Virus record (IMG/VR): IMGVR_UViG_3300030119_000989 | Location: 1 to 54,711 of that record | Source of the DNA: a virus | Taxonomy: Duplodnaviria; Caudoviricetes | Reading direction: 5' to 3' (one strand) | Length of the DNA stretch: 54,711 nt | Shown here: in pieces, positions 9,324 to 18,578 of the stretch | Numbering within the stretch: position 1 is the first letter of the stretch | How the letters are laid out: each line of letters begins with the position of its first letter | Notes under the pieces: generated by a model | The model's database searches: none | Told to the model about the DNA's origin: nothing | What the model saw: the letters and a program-made list of their open reading frames with translations, nothing else | Program-made: the position numbers and the translations under genes

Positions 9324-9631
9324 GAGACACCATCCTTGCTAGCCATACGCGCTTTTGCCTCAGCCACCAATCGCTTACGCCATCCGGTCGAGATATCCAC
9401 GGCCTCACGGTCGGTCAGTTCCTTGGCACCGGCTTGTACCGCCAATGCTCGTTTACTGGCCGTCAGGTCATAATGCGGGGAAGTACGTAGCTTCTGTGCC
9501 CAGGATCGCTTTAGCCCGATGGATTGGGCGAACCGATGCAGTTCGTCAAGATCACAGTCAGGTGATATCAGCAGGTGGCAAGACTTTCCGTATCGCCACC
9601 CCCAATCGCGGAGTTTGTCGACACCGATCAT
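9317..9631 (-). CDS. DUF4031-like protein
   Basis: SCHL...LDELHRFAQSIGLKRSW...HYDLTASKRALAVQAGA. Confidence 0.8.
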   Translation of the reverse strand: MIGVDKLRDWGWRYGKSCHLLISPDCDLDELHRFAQSIGLKRSWAQKLRTSPHYDLTASKRALAVQAGAKELTDREAVDISTGWRKRLVAEAKARMASKDGVSC

Positions 9632-10092
9632 TGAGTACCCCCATCAAACAAAGGAGCAGGTTTCTTGACGAGTTCTTTGGGGGGAATGGCATCACGGCGC
9701 TTGAAGAATCCAAGCCTGCCACCACAAGGGTCGAATAGTAGAATCTGAGGGTCGCGCAGGACAAAGCCGAAATCGCCCATGAACCACTTCGACTCGGATT
9801 GATTTACGCAGTCCACAATCTCAACGCTTCCGACGATGCCGCCTCGTTCAATTTCTTTTAATGCGGGTACGGCAATTCCACGTCCGCGATATTTTTCGTC
9901 AACGGCAATGTTGGCGTAATCGACTGCATCCCAATATTCAGCCCGAGTGCATCCTTTGGACGCATGTATCAGGATGCGCCCGCGAACATTCGTTGGCCAA
10001 GATCGATTTTCGATATCCTTGCCGACATTGAGTATCAACCACGCCCAAGGCTGGCGAATAGACAGGCAGAGCATGTCTTGATAGTCGATCAT
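9628..10092 (-). CDS. ASCH domain protein
   Basis: LSIRQPWAWLILNVGKDIENRSW...RGRILIHA, GGIVGSVEIVDC. Confidence 0.9.
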   Translation of the reverse strand: MIDYQDMLCLSIRQPWAWLILNVGKDIENRSWPTNVRGRILIHASKGCTRAEYWDAVDYANIAVDEKYRGRGIAVPALKEIERGGIVGSVEIVDCVNQSESKWFMGDFGFVLRDPQILLFDPCGGRLGFFKRRDAIPPKELVKKPAPLFDGGTQ

Positions 10093-11159
10093 GCTGCACC
10101 TCGAATCTTCGGCATCTGCCGAACACGAAGGTCTTCCGGCCACTGATTGAATGGAATTTTTCGACCGTTGTGGATCAACTGTTTGACGAACACAGGCACG
10201 TTGTGATCTTGGCAGAACTCGATGATCTCACGAACCCACTCGATATCACATGACCGGGCGCCATGCCCAGACTCTGCACCAACGATCACCCAGGAAACAC
10301 CAAGGCCACCCCACATTACGGTAGTCATTCCATCTGGATTATCTGATGCACAGTCTGCACAAAATTCCTCAGTGCCACCTTGGCCGTTGTCACACTTCAA
10401 TGGCGTGTACGCCGGCCCGCACCACTCGCAATACGGCGAGTCTTCGGCCATCTCGATTTGACCAAGCAACGGCTCAATCGAAAGAAATGTTGTCCAACCC
10501 ACAGTGGTGAGTTTGTCAATGAACGGATGACGCTGATCGTAGGTGGATTGATTTTCAGTGCTGGTGCCGAGCCAGACATTCGCAAGCGGCAACTTCCAAG
10601 CCATGAATTCATGACGACCGCCGGTGACGGATTGACCAGACAACTCATGAACGCGATCCCATTGCTTGCCAAGAAAGCCTTGTTCACCTTCATCAAGCCA
10701 GTCCTGTACCTGCTGGTAAATCCGATGCCCCATATCACCCATGGTCATGACCTCGAACATCCGCATGGTGCGTTTGGTCAGAATCTGCATGGTGTGTTGA
10801 GGACATATAGCACAGACGGCCAGAACATTGATGATGTAATCTAGTGGAACACCTTCATGGAATAGATCACTCATTGAATTGACGAAGATCATCCGCGGCT
10901 TGACCCATCGCAGTGGATCGCCGAGGGATTCGTGTACGCATCGAACGATACCATTCCACTGAGGCAACGGCGTGCCCATAGCGTCATGCTTGACCACATT
11001 CAGATAGTTGGCTTTGCGACCTTTGCCGCCATCCTTGATGGCCATTGCAGCCAAGCGTCGTGCCATGACTTCGGCGTAGCAGTTTCTGCACCCTTCACTG
11101 ACCCTGGTGCAGCCGATGACGGGATTCCAAGTTTTCTCTGTCCATTCGATATTGCTCAT
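10089..11159 (-). CDS. Phage Gp37/Gp68 (DUF5131) family protein
   Basis: IEWTEKTWNPVIGCTRVSEGCRNCYA, FVNSMSDLFH, ILTKR, SIEPLLG, WVIVGAESG. Confidence 0.92.
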   Translation of the reverse strand: MSNIEWTEKTWNPVIGCTRVSEGCRNCYAEVMARRLAAMAIKDGGKGRKANYLNVVKHDAMGTPLPQWNGIVRCVHESLGDPLRWVKPRMIFVNSMSDLFHEGVPLDYIINVLAVCAICPQHTMQILTKRTMRMFEVMTMGDMGHRIYQQVQDWLDEGEQGFLGKQWDRVHELSGQSVTGGRHEFMAWKLPLANVWLGTSTENQSTYDQRHPFIDKLTTVGWTTFLSIEPLLGQIEMAEDSPYCEWCGPAYTPLKCDNGQGGTEEFCADCASDNPDGMTTVMWGGLGVSWVIVGAESGHGARSCDIEWVREIIEFCQDHNVPVFVKQLIHNGRKIPFNQWPEDLRVRQMPKIRGAA

Positions 11160-11180
11160 CCCTGTTATCCTTTCTAAAAT

Positions 11181-11561
11181 TCATCCCACGTACCGCCAGC
11201 ACTTGATCGGATTCCCATGCGACCCGGGCGTCTTGCTTTTCACGTATTGATCTGTCCATTCCCATTCATCCGTGCGGAATACCTGGCCAAGGAAATTCCG
11301 ACTCAAACGCTTCGGCCCGGGGACGTTGGGAATCGCTTCGAAAATCGCTCGTGCATCGTCGGCAGTGACATACGCGTCGTGACCAACTTCATCAAAGCGA
11401 TGTTTCCAGACGATCCTCAGACCCGCCCGGATCATGTCAAGGTATTCACCGCGGGAATACTCGAAGCCATCGAGCACTTGCTGTGCCTTTTCAACTTCGC
11501 TTGGTTCACGTTCGCGCGGTTTAGGTTCGACTGGTATGTCCCAAAGCGTTTGCATGTTCAA
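11181..11561 (-). CDS. Hypothetical phage protein
   Basis: ORF in operon orientation with plausible composition. Confidence 0.65.
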   Translation of the reverse strand: MNMQTLWDIPVEPKPREREPSEVEKAQQVLDGFEYSRGEYLDMIRAGLRIVWKHRFDEVGHDAYVTADDARAIFEAIPNVPGPKRLSRNFLGQVFRTDEWEWTDQYVKSKTPGSHGNPIKCWRYVG

Positions 11562-11607
11562 AATCCTGTGTAATCAACCCATGCCCGTCAGCAATTCGCA
11601 ATCTGTC

Positions 11608-12231
11608 TCATGCGACAAGTTCAAACTGATTGCGGAAAAAGTCCCGCAGAACATGCCCCAACCATGGCTTTGGTGAGTCCACGCGATCAGCTTCCAACTG
11701 CTCAAGATTCTGGACGCGTTGGCGATATGCTTGCTCTGCCTGGGGTGACCAGCTGCTGTAAGGTGCGTTGGCATCAATGCACTTCTGCCATTTCCAATAG
11801 GCTGAAATGGTTGACCGGCTGATTGTTCCATAGACCTTGACCGACATCTGCCAGTCATGGAGCAGCAGACACACACGCATGTCACGTTCGGTCATCTGCT
11901 CGATCTCATCACGCAGATCAGGTATCGCCTCAGCGAATCGATCGATGTGGAATTGCTCCCATGACTTGTGCTTTGTGGAAACGCCGGTCTGCTTTTCGTT
12001 GGCACGTTCTTCACGCAGACGCTTGTGCAGCAACGCAGGTTCGGGGAACTTGGTGGACGTGTCCTTGAGGCCACGCAACGCCCTGATCGCCTGGTTGACT
12101 GTGTATGCGCCCCAGACACGTTTCCAGGACATCCATTGCTCGTTGGTCATCTTCTGAGCAATGCCATCCCACAGGTCAGTGAACACCGCGATCACTTCTT
12201 TATGTTCGACGTCTGTCATTCGCCTGGTCAT
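11608..12231 (-). CDS. Hypothetical protein, possible helicase loader/inhibitor
   Basis: Follows the initiator gene; W..V...YT..Q...A.......KFP.PA pattern resembles G39P-like proteins; start chosen by its RBS. Confidence 0.5.
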   Translation of the reverse strand: MTRRMTDVEHKEVIAVFTDLWDGIAQKMTNEQWMSWKRVWGAYTVNQAIRALRGLKDTSTKFPEPALLHKRLREERANEKQTGVSTKHKSWEQFHIDRFAEAIPDLRDEIEQMTERDMRVCLLLHDWQMSVKVYGTISRSTISAYWKWQKCIDANAPYSSWSPQAEQAYRQRVQNLEQLEADRVDSPKPWLGHVLRDFFRNQFELVA

Positions 12232-13048
12232 CACTGTCATCCTTCGCGTTAAGAGCCCTTTGAATGATTGCATCCCGATCGACGCTGGATTTGCTTGCTG
12301 GTGGTGATGGACCACTGCTCGTTTCGCCAGGTATCGTTCCCTCGCGTCTGCTGTTGTCGATCACCGCTGCCAAATATCTGGGCCAATGCTTCACGTTGTC
12401 ATTGATGGTTCCAATGGCGCCGATGAGAACATGGTCGGTCGGAACTGGTTCGCCGTCTTTCATCAACGGCGATTCTTTGACCTGGTTGAACAGTCTGTTG
12501 AGCTTGTCCAGTTCCGATGCCGAGAGCGGATACACCAATCTCTGTTCAATCGCTTTGACAACGTTGACCCAGGGATCGGTTGTTTTTTTCCTGTTGGCAT
12601 CACCACCAGAATCAGGTGGTTGCGGATCTGGTTTTTGAACTGGCACAGAAGTTGGTGTGTTTGTGGGCTTGGGATTGGTGTGTCTCAACTTGGGGTTTCC
12701 ACCACCAGTTTTCCCGGCCTTGGCACACTTGTTAGCCTTGGCAGCTTCCTTGACCATGAGCTTTGAGTACAGAATGCCGTCTTCCGTTACAGAAACAACG
12801 CCGGTGTCTTTAAGTTCCGTTAGATGGCGGGAAAGCTCATCGGATGAACAGCCAGTCATGCGAGCGATCTGTTCATGCGAAGGAGCTTTGCCACCAACTA
12901 AGAGATACCCGCAGCGGTCGCTTTTGTGCATCAGAGAGAGCATGTCTGCCCAAATGCCACGAGATCCAGGAGAGCAGGCTCTGAGTTCTTCATCAGAGAG
13001 CCATTTATCAGCCCACCATTTAAACCACGGTTTCTTTGCCACAGTCAA
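12200..13048 (-). CDS. Phage replication initiator / replisome organizer
   Basis: PWFKWWADKWLSDEELRACS...RGIWADMLSLMH N-terminus, winged helix, then AGKTGGGNP linker. Confidence 0.75.
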   Translation of the reverse strand: MTVAKKPWFKWWADKWLSDEELRACSPGSRGIWADMLSLMHKSDRCGYLLVGGKAPSHEQIARMTGCSSDELSRHLTELKDTGVVSVTEDGILYSKLMVKEAAKANKCAKAGKTGGGNPKLRHTNPKPTNTPTSVPVQKPDPQPPDSGGDANRKKTTDPWVNVVKAIEQRLVYPLSASELDKLNRLFNQVKESPLMKDGEPVPTDHVLIGAIGTINDNVKHWPRYLAAVIDNSRREGTIPGETSSGPSPPASKSSVDRDAIIQRALNAKDDSDDQANDRRRT

Positions 13049-14005
13049 TCAGTCCTGTTCGTCTTCGTCCATTTCGTCGGATTCATCATCCGCGTCATCG
13101 TCGAGGTTCTCGGTGTCATCGATCTCGTCTTCAACGTTGTCGGCATCGTCCTGATCGACCATGTCTTCATCAGCTTCGGGTGATTCGTCGTCATCATCGT
13201 CTTCAACACCGACCAGGCTCAGTACAACATCACCCGATTCAGGTTGATCCGAATCATCAGACTCAGAATCATCCGTTTCAGTGGTTTGCTCATCGTCAGG
13301 TTGCTTGGTGGAAACGGGGTGACTGGCAAAGTAGTCAGCACAGGCATCAGAGATCAGTTCAGCCTTCTCAGGGCCAATACCTTTAATGTCGGTGAGTTGC
13401 TTGCCAGCCGAGGTGTAATCACTGATCTTGCCGAGCGTGTCGAGTTCGGCGTCAACCAGCTTGTCAGCCAGCTTGTCAGCCAACGCCCCGGTGATGCCAA
13501 GATCATCAAGTGATGCTTCACGCCATTTGTCATCCGTATCAGGCGTGGGAGTGGCGGTGTCAGAGTTCTGCTCAAAGACATCACCGTCATCTGGTTGATT
13601 GAACAAAGGCAATGACGTGTCCTTCATGGCCATTTCGTGTAACTGCTCTTGGGCTGCTTCGTAGGATTTTTTAAAATCAGCGGTTTCAAGCTTGGATGAT
13701 TCCCATGCACTTTTGCGCCGGGAAACAATCTCGGCCTGTTTCTGCAGGTCTTTGCGATAGTGACGTAGATCTTCGAGCAAGCGATGTTCTTTCTCAGCTG
13801 CGATCTGATCGGGTGTGCGATCATCGACTGGCTCATTGGATTTCTGTTCATCAGTAGATTCTTCTGATGACTCATCCGCTGTGACATCATCCTCGCCGGT
13901 GGTTTGAACTTTGCTATCTCCTTCGACCTGTTCGTCCAACAGTGGTGTTTCATCTGTGGTTTCTGGGGTGGCAGTTCCGGGTTCGGTAACGGTGCTTTGG
14001 ATCAT
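13049..14005 (-). CDS. Highly acidic protein with helix-hairpin-helix domain
   Basis: D/E-rich termini; LTDIKGIGPEKAELI HhH motif; central coiled coil. Confidence 0.7.
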   Translation of the reverse strand: MIQSTVTEPGTATPETTDETPLLDEQVEGDSKVQTTGEDDVTADESSEESTDEQKSNEPVDDRTPDQIAAEKEHRLLEDLRHYRKDLQKQAEIVSRRKSAWESSKLETADFKKSYEAAQEQLHEMAMKDTSLPLFNQPDDGDVFEQNSDTATPTPDTDDKWREASLDDLGITGALADKLADKLVDAELDTLGKISDYTSAGKQLTDIKGIGPEKAELISDACADYFASHPVSTKQPDDEQTTETDDSESDDSDQPESGDVVLSLVGVEDDDDDESPEADEDMVDQDDADNVEDEIDDTENLDDDADDESDEMDEDEQD

Positions 14006-14083
14006 CGGATCCTCCTTGTGTCAGCGCGTACCAACATTGGCACGCATGGGTGGTAGTTGAAGGTTTGGTTTTCAAGGCTTTAA

Positions 14084-14153
14084 AGCCCCGTTCAGGTCAC
14101 GAACCCGAAAACACTCTGCGGACGTGAACGCGTCATGCTCACAAGTGCGGGGC
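14084..14153 (-). ncRNA. tRNA-like structured RNA (acceptor-like stem and T-arm, no D-arm)
   Basis: GCCCCG/CGGGGC closing stem; TCGGG-TTCGTGA-CCTGA T-arm; one long internal hairpin; intergenic. Confidence 0.5.
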
Positions 14154-14208
14154 GAAGACCTGCCGCCACTGACCGCCAGCAGCGTTAGTGCAGGTTGGGT
14201 ATTTACGG

Positions 14209-15183
14209 TTAAATCTTGTCTTCCTGAATCAGGCTGTACATTGCAGCAAGCTGATCATTGTTGAGCTTGCCAAGATCACCTATGTTAAATTCCTGCTTGG
14301 CGGCATCGATCAAACGGCGTTCGGCCTGAGTTTGATTACAACCCAAAGCACCAGACGCGTAGTCAATAAGCTCATCAACCACAGAGAGGCCAGTGTCGCC
14401 GGTTTCAGTGTCAACCTGAACACCATCCGGAACTGGATTAGGCTCTGTGGTTTTGGCAGATTCGTTGATGATCGATTTGCTTCCGGTCAGCTTGCTGGTA
14501 AGGGCTTTGGCGCCGGATTGCTTGGTGGTGGACGGAATGTATCGCGTATCACCATAGGTGTCTTCAAGCTCGTCATCAGTGTGCATGCCCATCAACACTT
14601 CCGGGCAGTATGTTCTGGCAAGCCAAGCAGCAGATCGATACTTGAACATTTGCTCGGGCATGGTTTTCCACTTGGAGCCGGGTTTTTTGTCCCAACCCTC
14701 TTTGATAACCACGTCCCATGTGACGGTGGTTTCACAGCGTTCGCCACTTTTATGCACCGCGTAGGCGGTACAAGAGACGGGGTTGCCACTGTTATCACGA
14801 TCGACTTGGAATTGGATTGGGCCACGGAACGGACCACGCTGGTTAACCAGTGCAATGGCCATCTTGGCTTCAAGGCCGGGCTTTCCGCTGACGACATACA
14901 TGCTCTGCATCAGCATGAACACATTGACACGCATGCGGTAAGCAAGCTCGTAGGCGATCATGCAGTTGGCCAGATTGCCTGCAAACTGCTTGGGAACCAC
15001 ATCAGAGTTGGCATAGACCTTGCAGACACGCTGCATGTGCTCGAACACGCGCGGGTCCATCATCAGAGAAGCATCGCTGTGAACGACTGACAGTTGATTG
15101 TCGGTTTCCATATGCAGGCTTGGGAGGCTGGATTGCTCCTCATTAGCCTGCATGTCTGTTTGTGGTGCGGTTGCAGTGGTCAT
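14209..15183 (-). CDS. RecT/Bet-like ssDNA annealing protein
   Basis: VVPKQFAGNLANC, MQSMYVVSGKP, WKTMPEQMFKYRS...ARTYCPEVLMG; adjacent to a YqaJ gene. Confidence 0.85.
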   Translation of the reverse strand: MTTATAPQTDMQANEEQSSLPSLHMETDNQLSVVHSDASLMMDPRVFEHMQRVCKVYANSDVVPKQFAGNLANCMIAYELAYRMRVNVFMLMQSMYVVSGKPGLEAKMAIALVNQRGPFRGPIQFQVDRDNSGNPVSCTAYAVHKSGERCETTVTWDVVIKEGWDKKPGSKWKTMPEQMFKYRSAAWLARTYCPEVLMGMHTDDELEDTYGDTRYIPSTTKQSGAKALTSKLTGSKSIINESAKTTEPNPVPDGVQVDTETGDTGLSVVDELIDYASGALGCNQTQAERRLIDAAKQEFNIGDLGKLNNDQLAAMYSLIQEDKI

Positions 15184-16190
15184 TTACCACGTCCTTTCTT
15201 AGGAGTTTTGAGTCGGAGTACACGGTGTTGGTTTGGCGAAGCGTATTTTTCATACACCCCGTCTGCTTTCATTTGATTGCGGTCAATACTTGGGGCGCCA
15301 TTCTGCATGAAGTGGGTCAGCGACATGCCGCCAGGCAGATCGGCACCTTCGGCGTCACCGAGTGCTGCAAGTACCTTGGCCTGCTCAGCCTTCTCAAGCT
15401 TCTCAGCATCAAGTCGGGTTTGACGTGCATCCTGCCATCGCAAGATCATGTCCACGTCATCGATCTGCACGACCTTGTTGGGCACCTTGCGGAACCGCTT
15501 GACGATGTCCAACTGTGGCTCGCACGGATCGCCTTCGAGATTGATGCCGTGCACGCTGACCAAGCGATCGGCCCAGTCTTCGCGGGGGTCGCGCTGCGGC
15601 GTCACGTAGCGTTCCATGAAGTCTGTGGAAACGTCGCGGATTTTCTTGATCAGTGCATCAACAGGTGTGATCTGGAATTCCACGAAACCGCGTGAGCCAA
15701 GCAATGCGACCAGGTGACACACTTCAGCACCGGTGCAAAGAAGTTGCGTTTGGCATTGAATAATGTAACCGTCAGGAACTTCATCCGAACCAGCCTCACC
15801 CCAGTTGCCATGGATCGGGCCTTCGATACCGCTAGTCTTTGCTTCGACAGGACGACCATTGGCTTTGACCTGGCCATCGAGTGTTGATGCGATTGGAGCA
15901 CCTTGCTTGTCCCAGACGACGACGCTGCGGGTTTCCTTGCCATTCTCGTCGATGGTCCTGACAAGCTCGCCGTATTGTTCTTCGGCATAGTCCAGCACCA
16001 CCGGTTCCAGGCGATTGCCTGCACTGATCGCCGCACTGGTTCGCTTCTCAGGCTCAAGCATGTCACACTTCTCAAGCCATGTGGTGTAGGCATTGCGGTT
16101 GCGAAACGTCGGCATGCCGAGGATAGTTGCGACGTCGGATGCACCGACACGGTGATGACGTTGTTCGATTTCAGTTGCGCTGAGTACCAT
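15180..16190 (-). CDS. YqaJ / lambda-exonuclease family protein
   Basis: VGASDVATILG, GNRLEP, ASTLDG, VEAKT, YIIQCQ. Confidence 0.9.
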   Translation of the reverse strand: MVLSATEIEQRHHRVGASDVATILGMPTFRNRNAYTTWLEKCDMLEPEKRTSAAISAGNRLEPVVLDYAEEQYGELVRTIDENGKETRSVVVWDKQGAPIASTLDGQVKANGRPVEAKTSGIEGPIHGNWGEAGSDEVPDGYIIQCQTQLLCTGAEVCHLVALLGSRGFVEFQITPVDALIKKIRDVSTDFMERYVTPQRDPREDWADRLVSVHGINLEGDPCEPQLDIVKRFRKVPNKVVQIDDVDMILRWQDARQTRLDAEKLEKAEQAKVLAALGDAEGADLPGGMSLTHFMQNGAPSIDRNQMKADGVYEKYASPNQHRVLRLKTPKKGRGK

Positions 16191-16192
16191 TG

Positions 16193-16369
16193 TTATCCCA
16201 TCCTGTCTTCTTCGATTTTGTAAATGCGTTCAGCCTGCTTTGGCGTGAACGTGTGAATGTCCTTGTCAATCAGATTGGAGATAAACTCGATCTCCCAATC
16301 CGTCAGGTCTATGCCGCATGCGTCGATTTCACGCACAAGCGTGTAGAGTTGGGCGTGGTCAATGTGCAT
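16193..16369 (-). CDS. Small hypothetical protein
   Basis: LTDWEIEFI...TPKQ..I; coupled ORF. Confidence 0.6.
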   Translation of the reverse strand: MHIDHAQLYTLVREIDACGIDLTDWEIEFISNLIDKDIHTFTPKQAERIYKIEEDRMG

Positions 16370-17843
16370 TGCTGTGAATTCCTTCGAACTGCTCGGCCCT
16401 GAGTTCACCGTCAGTCGCTTCGGCTGTCAGCACCACAATCTTGTGGTGACGTGCAAGGTCGGCGACATGGGCGCGGTTATGCGGATCCAAGCCTTCCCAG
16501 AAGTTCTGCGGTAGGATCAAAATGCCGTGTTCGCCAACAATGGGTGCAGCAACATCAAATGCTTTGGTCCAACGCTCGCCCTCGGAGAGGTCGCCAAACA
16601 GTGTTTCGCCCCGTGCGTGATGATTGGTGCAAAGGCGACCATCTCTGACGAAAAGCTGATCGTTTTCAATCGCATTGCTCAGAACGTTGTCGATAAGTTT
16701 GGCAGAGTCGCGGAGACGTGATGCGGTGACGGCTGCTTTATTGGCCTGATCGCGTGCATCCTTGGCTTCACGAAGTTTTGCCATTGCATTGCGGATGAGA
16801 GCGCCCTGTTCAAGAGCGTTGCTCGCATCGTCCATGGCCTGTTGTGCGGCTTCAAGTTCATCAGGTGACGGAGCTTTGGTTGCAGTGCCTTCGAGAACCG
16901 CTTCATACATGGCGACTGCTTCGGTGTATTCCTCGGCGGCACGAAGTGATGATCGTGCCGACTGGAGTTTCAGGTCAATACGTTCCTGTGCGGATTTGGC
17001 TTCCGCCAACTGTCTTTCAAGATTGTTGACCGTTGCAGTTGCAGACGCGAGATTGTTTTCAGACGACTTAACATCTGCGATCGCCTGATCAACTGTTGGA
17101 CCTGTGTAATTCGCTTTGACCTGGTCCAACTTTTCACGTGCTTCAGCCAGTTGATTAGCTGATCGCTCGGAGGCTTCTTGGCGTTCTTGCAGCACTCGCA
17201 GGTTGCCGGACGCGATAGTGGAAGCGTTGCGGAGTTTCTGTTCATCACACTCGCCTGACATGTCCACACCGCTGGCTGCTTCCTCGTGGGCTTTGGCTTG
17301 GCCTTCACGGAGATTCGCTTCATCCTCTTTACCACGTGCCGCCTGTTCCAAATCCCGCTTTGCTTTGGACGCCACATCGAGCATGTCTTTGCCTGCCCAT
17401 GTAGCGGCAGAAACATAGTCGGCCATCTCGTTGCCGATCACATCAGCAAACGCCTTGGCAGTGGGTTCCACGCCAGTGATGCTGATCAAAGCCTTGATGC
17501 GTTGACGATCCGCAGCCACGGGGTCTTTGAGCGGAGGCTTAACCAGGTCGGCGATGTTGAGTTTGCCTTCAATGCTGGACACTTCAACCTCACCGGCGCG
17601 TGTGGTTTTTGCCCCCACATGGATCATCGCACCGAATCCATTGACTCGACCAGCAGATGGTGCGTCGTCACGTGTGCTGAGCTTGCCGTTGCCAGACACA
17701 AGTGCCTGTGCCGAGCTAAGTGCGGTGGACTTGCCAAGACCATTACGTCCCCGCAGGACGACGACGCCGCCATCTGGTGGGCATTTGATGTCTAATTGTT
17801 CAATTGGCCCGATGTTTTCAATATTTACGTTTTGCTGAATCAT
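16359..17843 (-). CDS. SMC/Rad50-like coiled-coil ABC ATPase
   Basis: Walker A GRNGLGKST, long coiled coil, signature LSEGER; Walker B region atypical. Confidence 0.8.
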   Translation of the reverse strand: MIQQNVNIENIGPIEQLDIKCPPDGGVVVLRGRNGLGKSTALSSAQALVSGNGKLSTRDDAPSAGRVNGFGAMIHVGAKTTRAGEVEVSSIEGKLNIADLVKPPLKDPVAADRQRIKALISITGVEPTAKAFADVIGNEMADYVSAATWAGKDMLDVASKAKRDLEQAARGKEDEANLREGQAKAHEEAASGVDMSGECDEQKLRNASTIASGNLRVLQERQEASERSANQLAEAREKLDQVKANYTGPTVDQAIADVKSSENNLASATATVNNLERQLAEAKSAQERIDLKLQSARSSLRAAEEYTEAVAMYEAVLEGTATKAPSPDELEAAQQAMDDASNALEQGALIRNAMAKLREAKDARDQANKAAVTASRLRDSAKLIDNVLSNAIENDQLFVRDGRLCTNHHARGETLFGDLSEGERWTKAFDVAAPIVGEHGILILPQNFWEGLDPHNRAHVADLARHHKIVVLTAEATDGELRAEQFEGIHSNAH

Positions 17844-18061
17844 GATTTGCTCCCGTGTGTTTTAAGTAGGTCGTATTCCCGTTGTGCGGTTTCAAGGCTT
17901 GCTTCGAGTTGGTTGATCTTTTCGCGGAGTCGCATTTCCTCGCCGTAGTTTTCATCAAGGATGTTGGCGATGGTTTCAATTAGCACATCCGGCCTACATC
18001 GTGCCGACTTGACCTTGATGGCCACCTGTACAGCCTTGGGCATCTTTGCAGTCTGAATCAC
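17840..18061 (-). CDS. Hypothetical protein
   Basis: ATGA-coupled ORF with a coiled-coil end. Confidence 0.6.
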   Translation of the reverse strand: MIQTAKMPKAVQVAIKVKSARCRPDVLIETIANILDENYGEEMRLREKINQLEASLETAQREYDLLKTHGSKS

Positions 18062-18372
18062 AACTTCACCTCCCCGTTGTTCGGACTGTCATTCCAGGCA
18101 TAGATCAGCGTGCCAATGATCAGTAGCAGTGATGTCACGAAGACGGCCCCGCGAATACTGCCGGTGATCCAGCAGAGAAATCCAAACACCGCGATAGCCA
18201 TAGCCATGACGCCAAGGGTGATGGAGATCAGCGATCCAGTCACACAATCATTCCCCTCGTACCCTTTGACGAGCGGACACCCCTGCTCATCAGTCTCAGA
18301 CATCATGGCTGCAAACCGTGCGTCGTCGCTGATGTAGACGGTGTCTTTGTTGCTCGACACTGTGCGTTTCAT
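18058..18372 (-). CDS. Hypothetical membrane protein (2 TM)
   Basis: Two hydrophobic stretches; coupled to csrA. Confidence 0.65.
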   Translation of the reverse strand: MKRTVSSNKDTVYISDDARFAAMMSETDEQGCPLVKGYEGNDCVTGSLISITLGVMAMAIAVFGFLCWITGSIRGAVFVTSLLLIIGTLIYAWNDSPNNGEVKL

Positions 18373-18557
18373 GCTGTACCACCTTCCAGCTTGGGACTCA
18401 CCAACCTTGCGTCTCTGATCTCCGAGCGATCAACTCGAATGTTTTCAGGTGCCTGCACACCAACAAGTGCTTTACCGTCTTTGATTGCGGTGATCCGCAC
18501 GATGATGTCGTCGCCAATGATGATGTCCTGTCCGACTTTTCTGGCTAATACAAGCAT
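18369..18557 (-). CDS. csrA: Carbon storage regulator CsrA/RsmA homolog
   Basis: MLVLARKVGQDIIIGDDIIVRI.......VGVQAPENIRVDRSEI; AAGGA RBS upstream. Confidence 0.92.
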   Translation of the reverse strand: MLVLARKVGQDIIIGDDIIVRITAIKDGKALVGVQAPENIRVDRSEIRDARLVSPKLEGGTA

Positions 18558-18578
18558 GGTTTGATTCCTTTCAGTTAA

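Noticed and set aside
13519-13562. TGACACCGCC on the minus strand in the early region
   Set aside because: The sequence 26 nt downstream is ATGGCGTG, not YAAYCAC, and it lies inside a coding region; treated as a chance half-site.
14188-15090. Long antisense ORFs (for example 14188-15090 +, 2158-2868 +, 47359-48063 -, 51481-52377 +)
   Set aside because: They shadow well-supported genes on the opposite strand and show no recognisable motifs.
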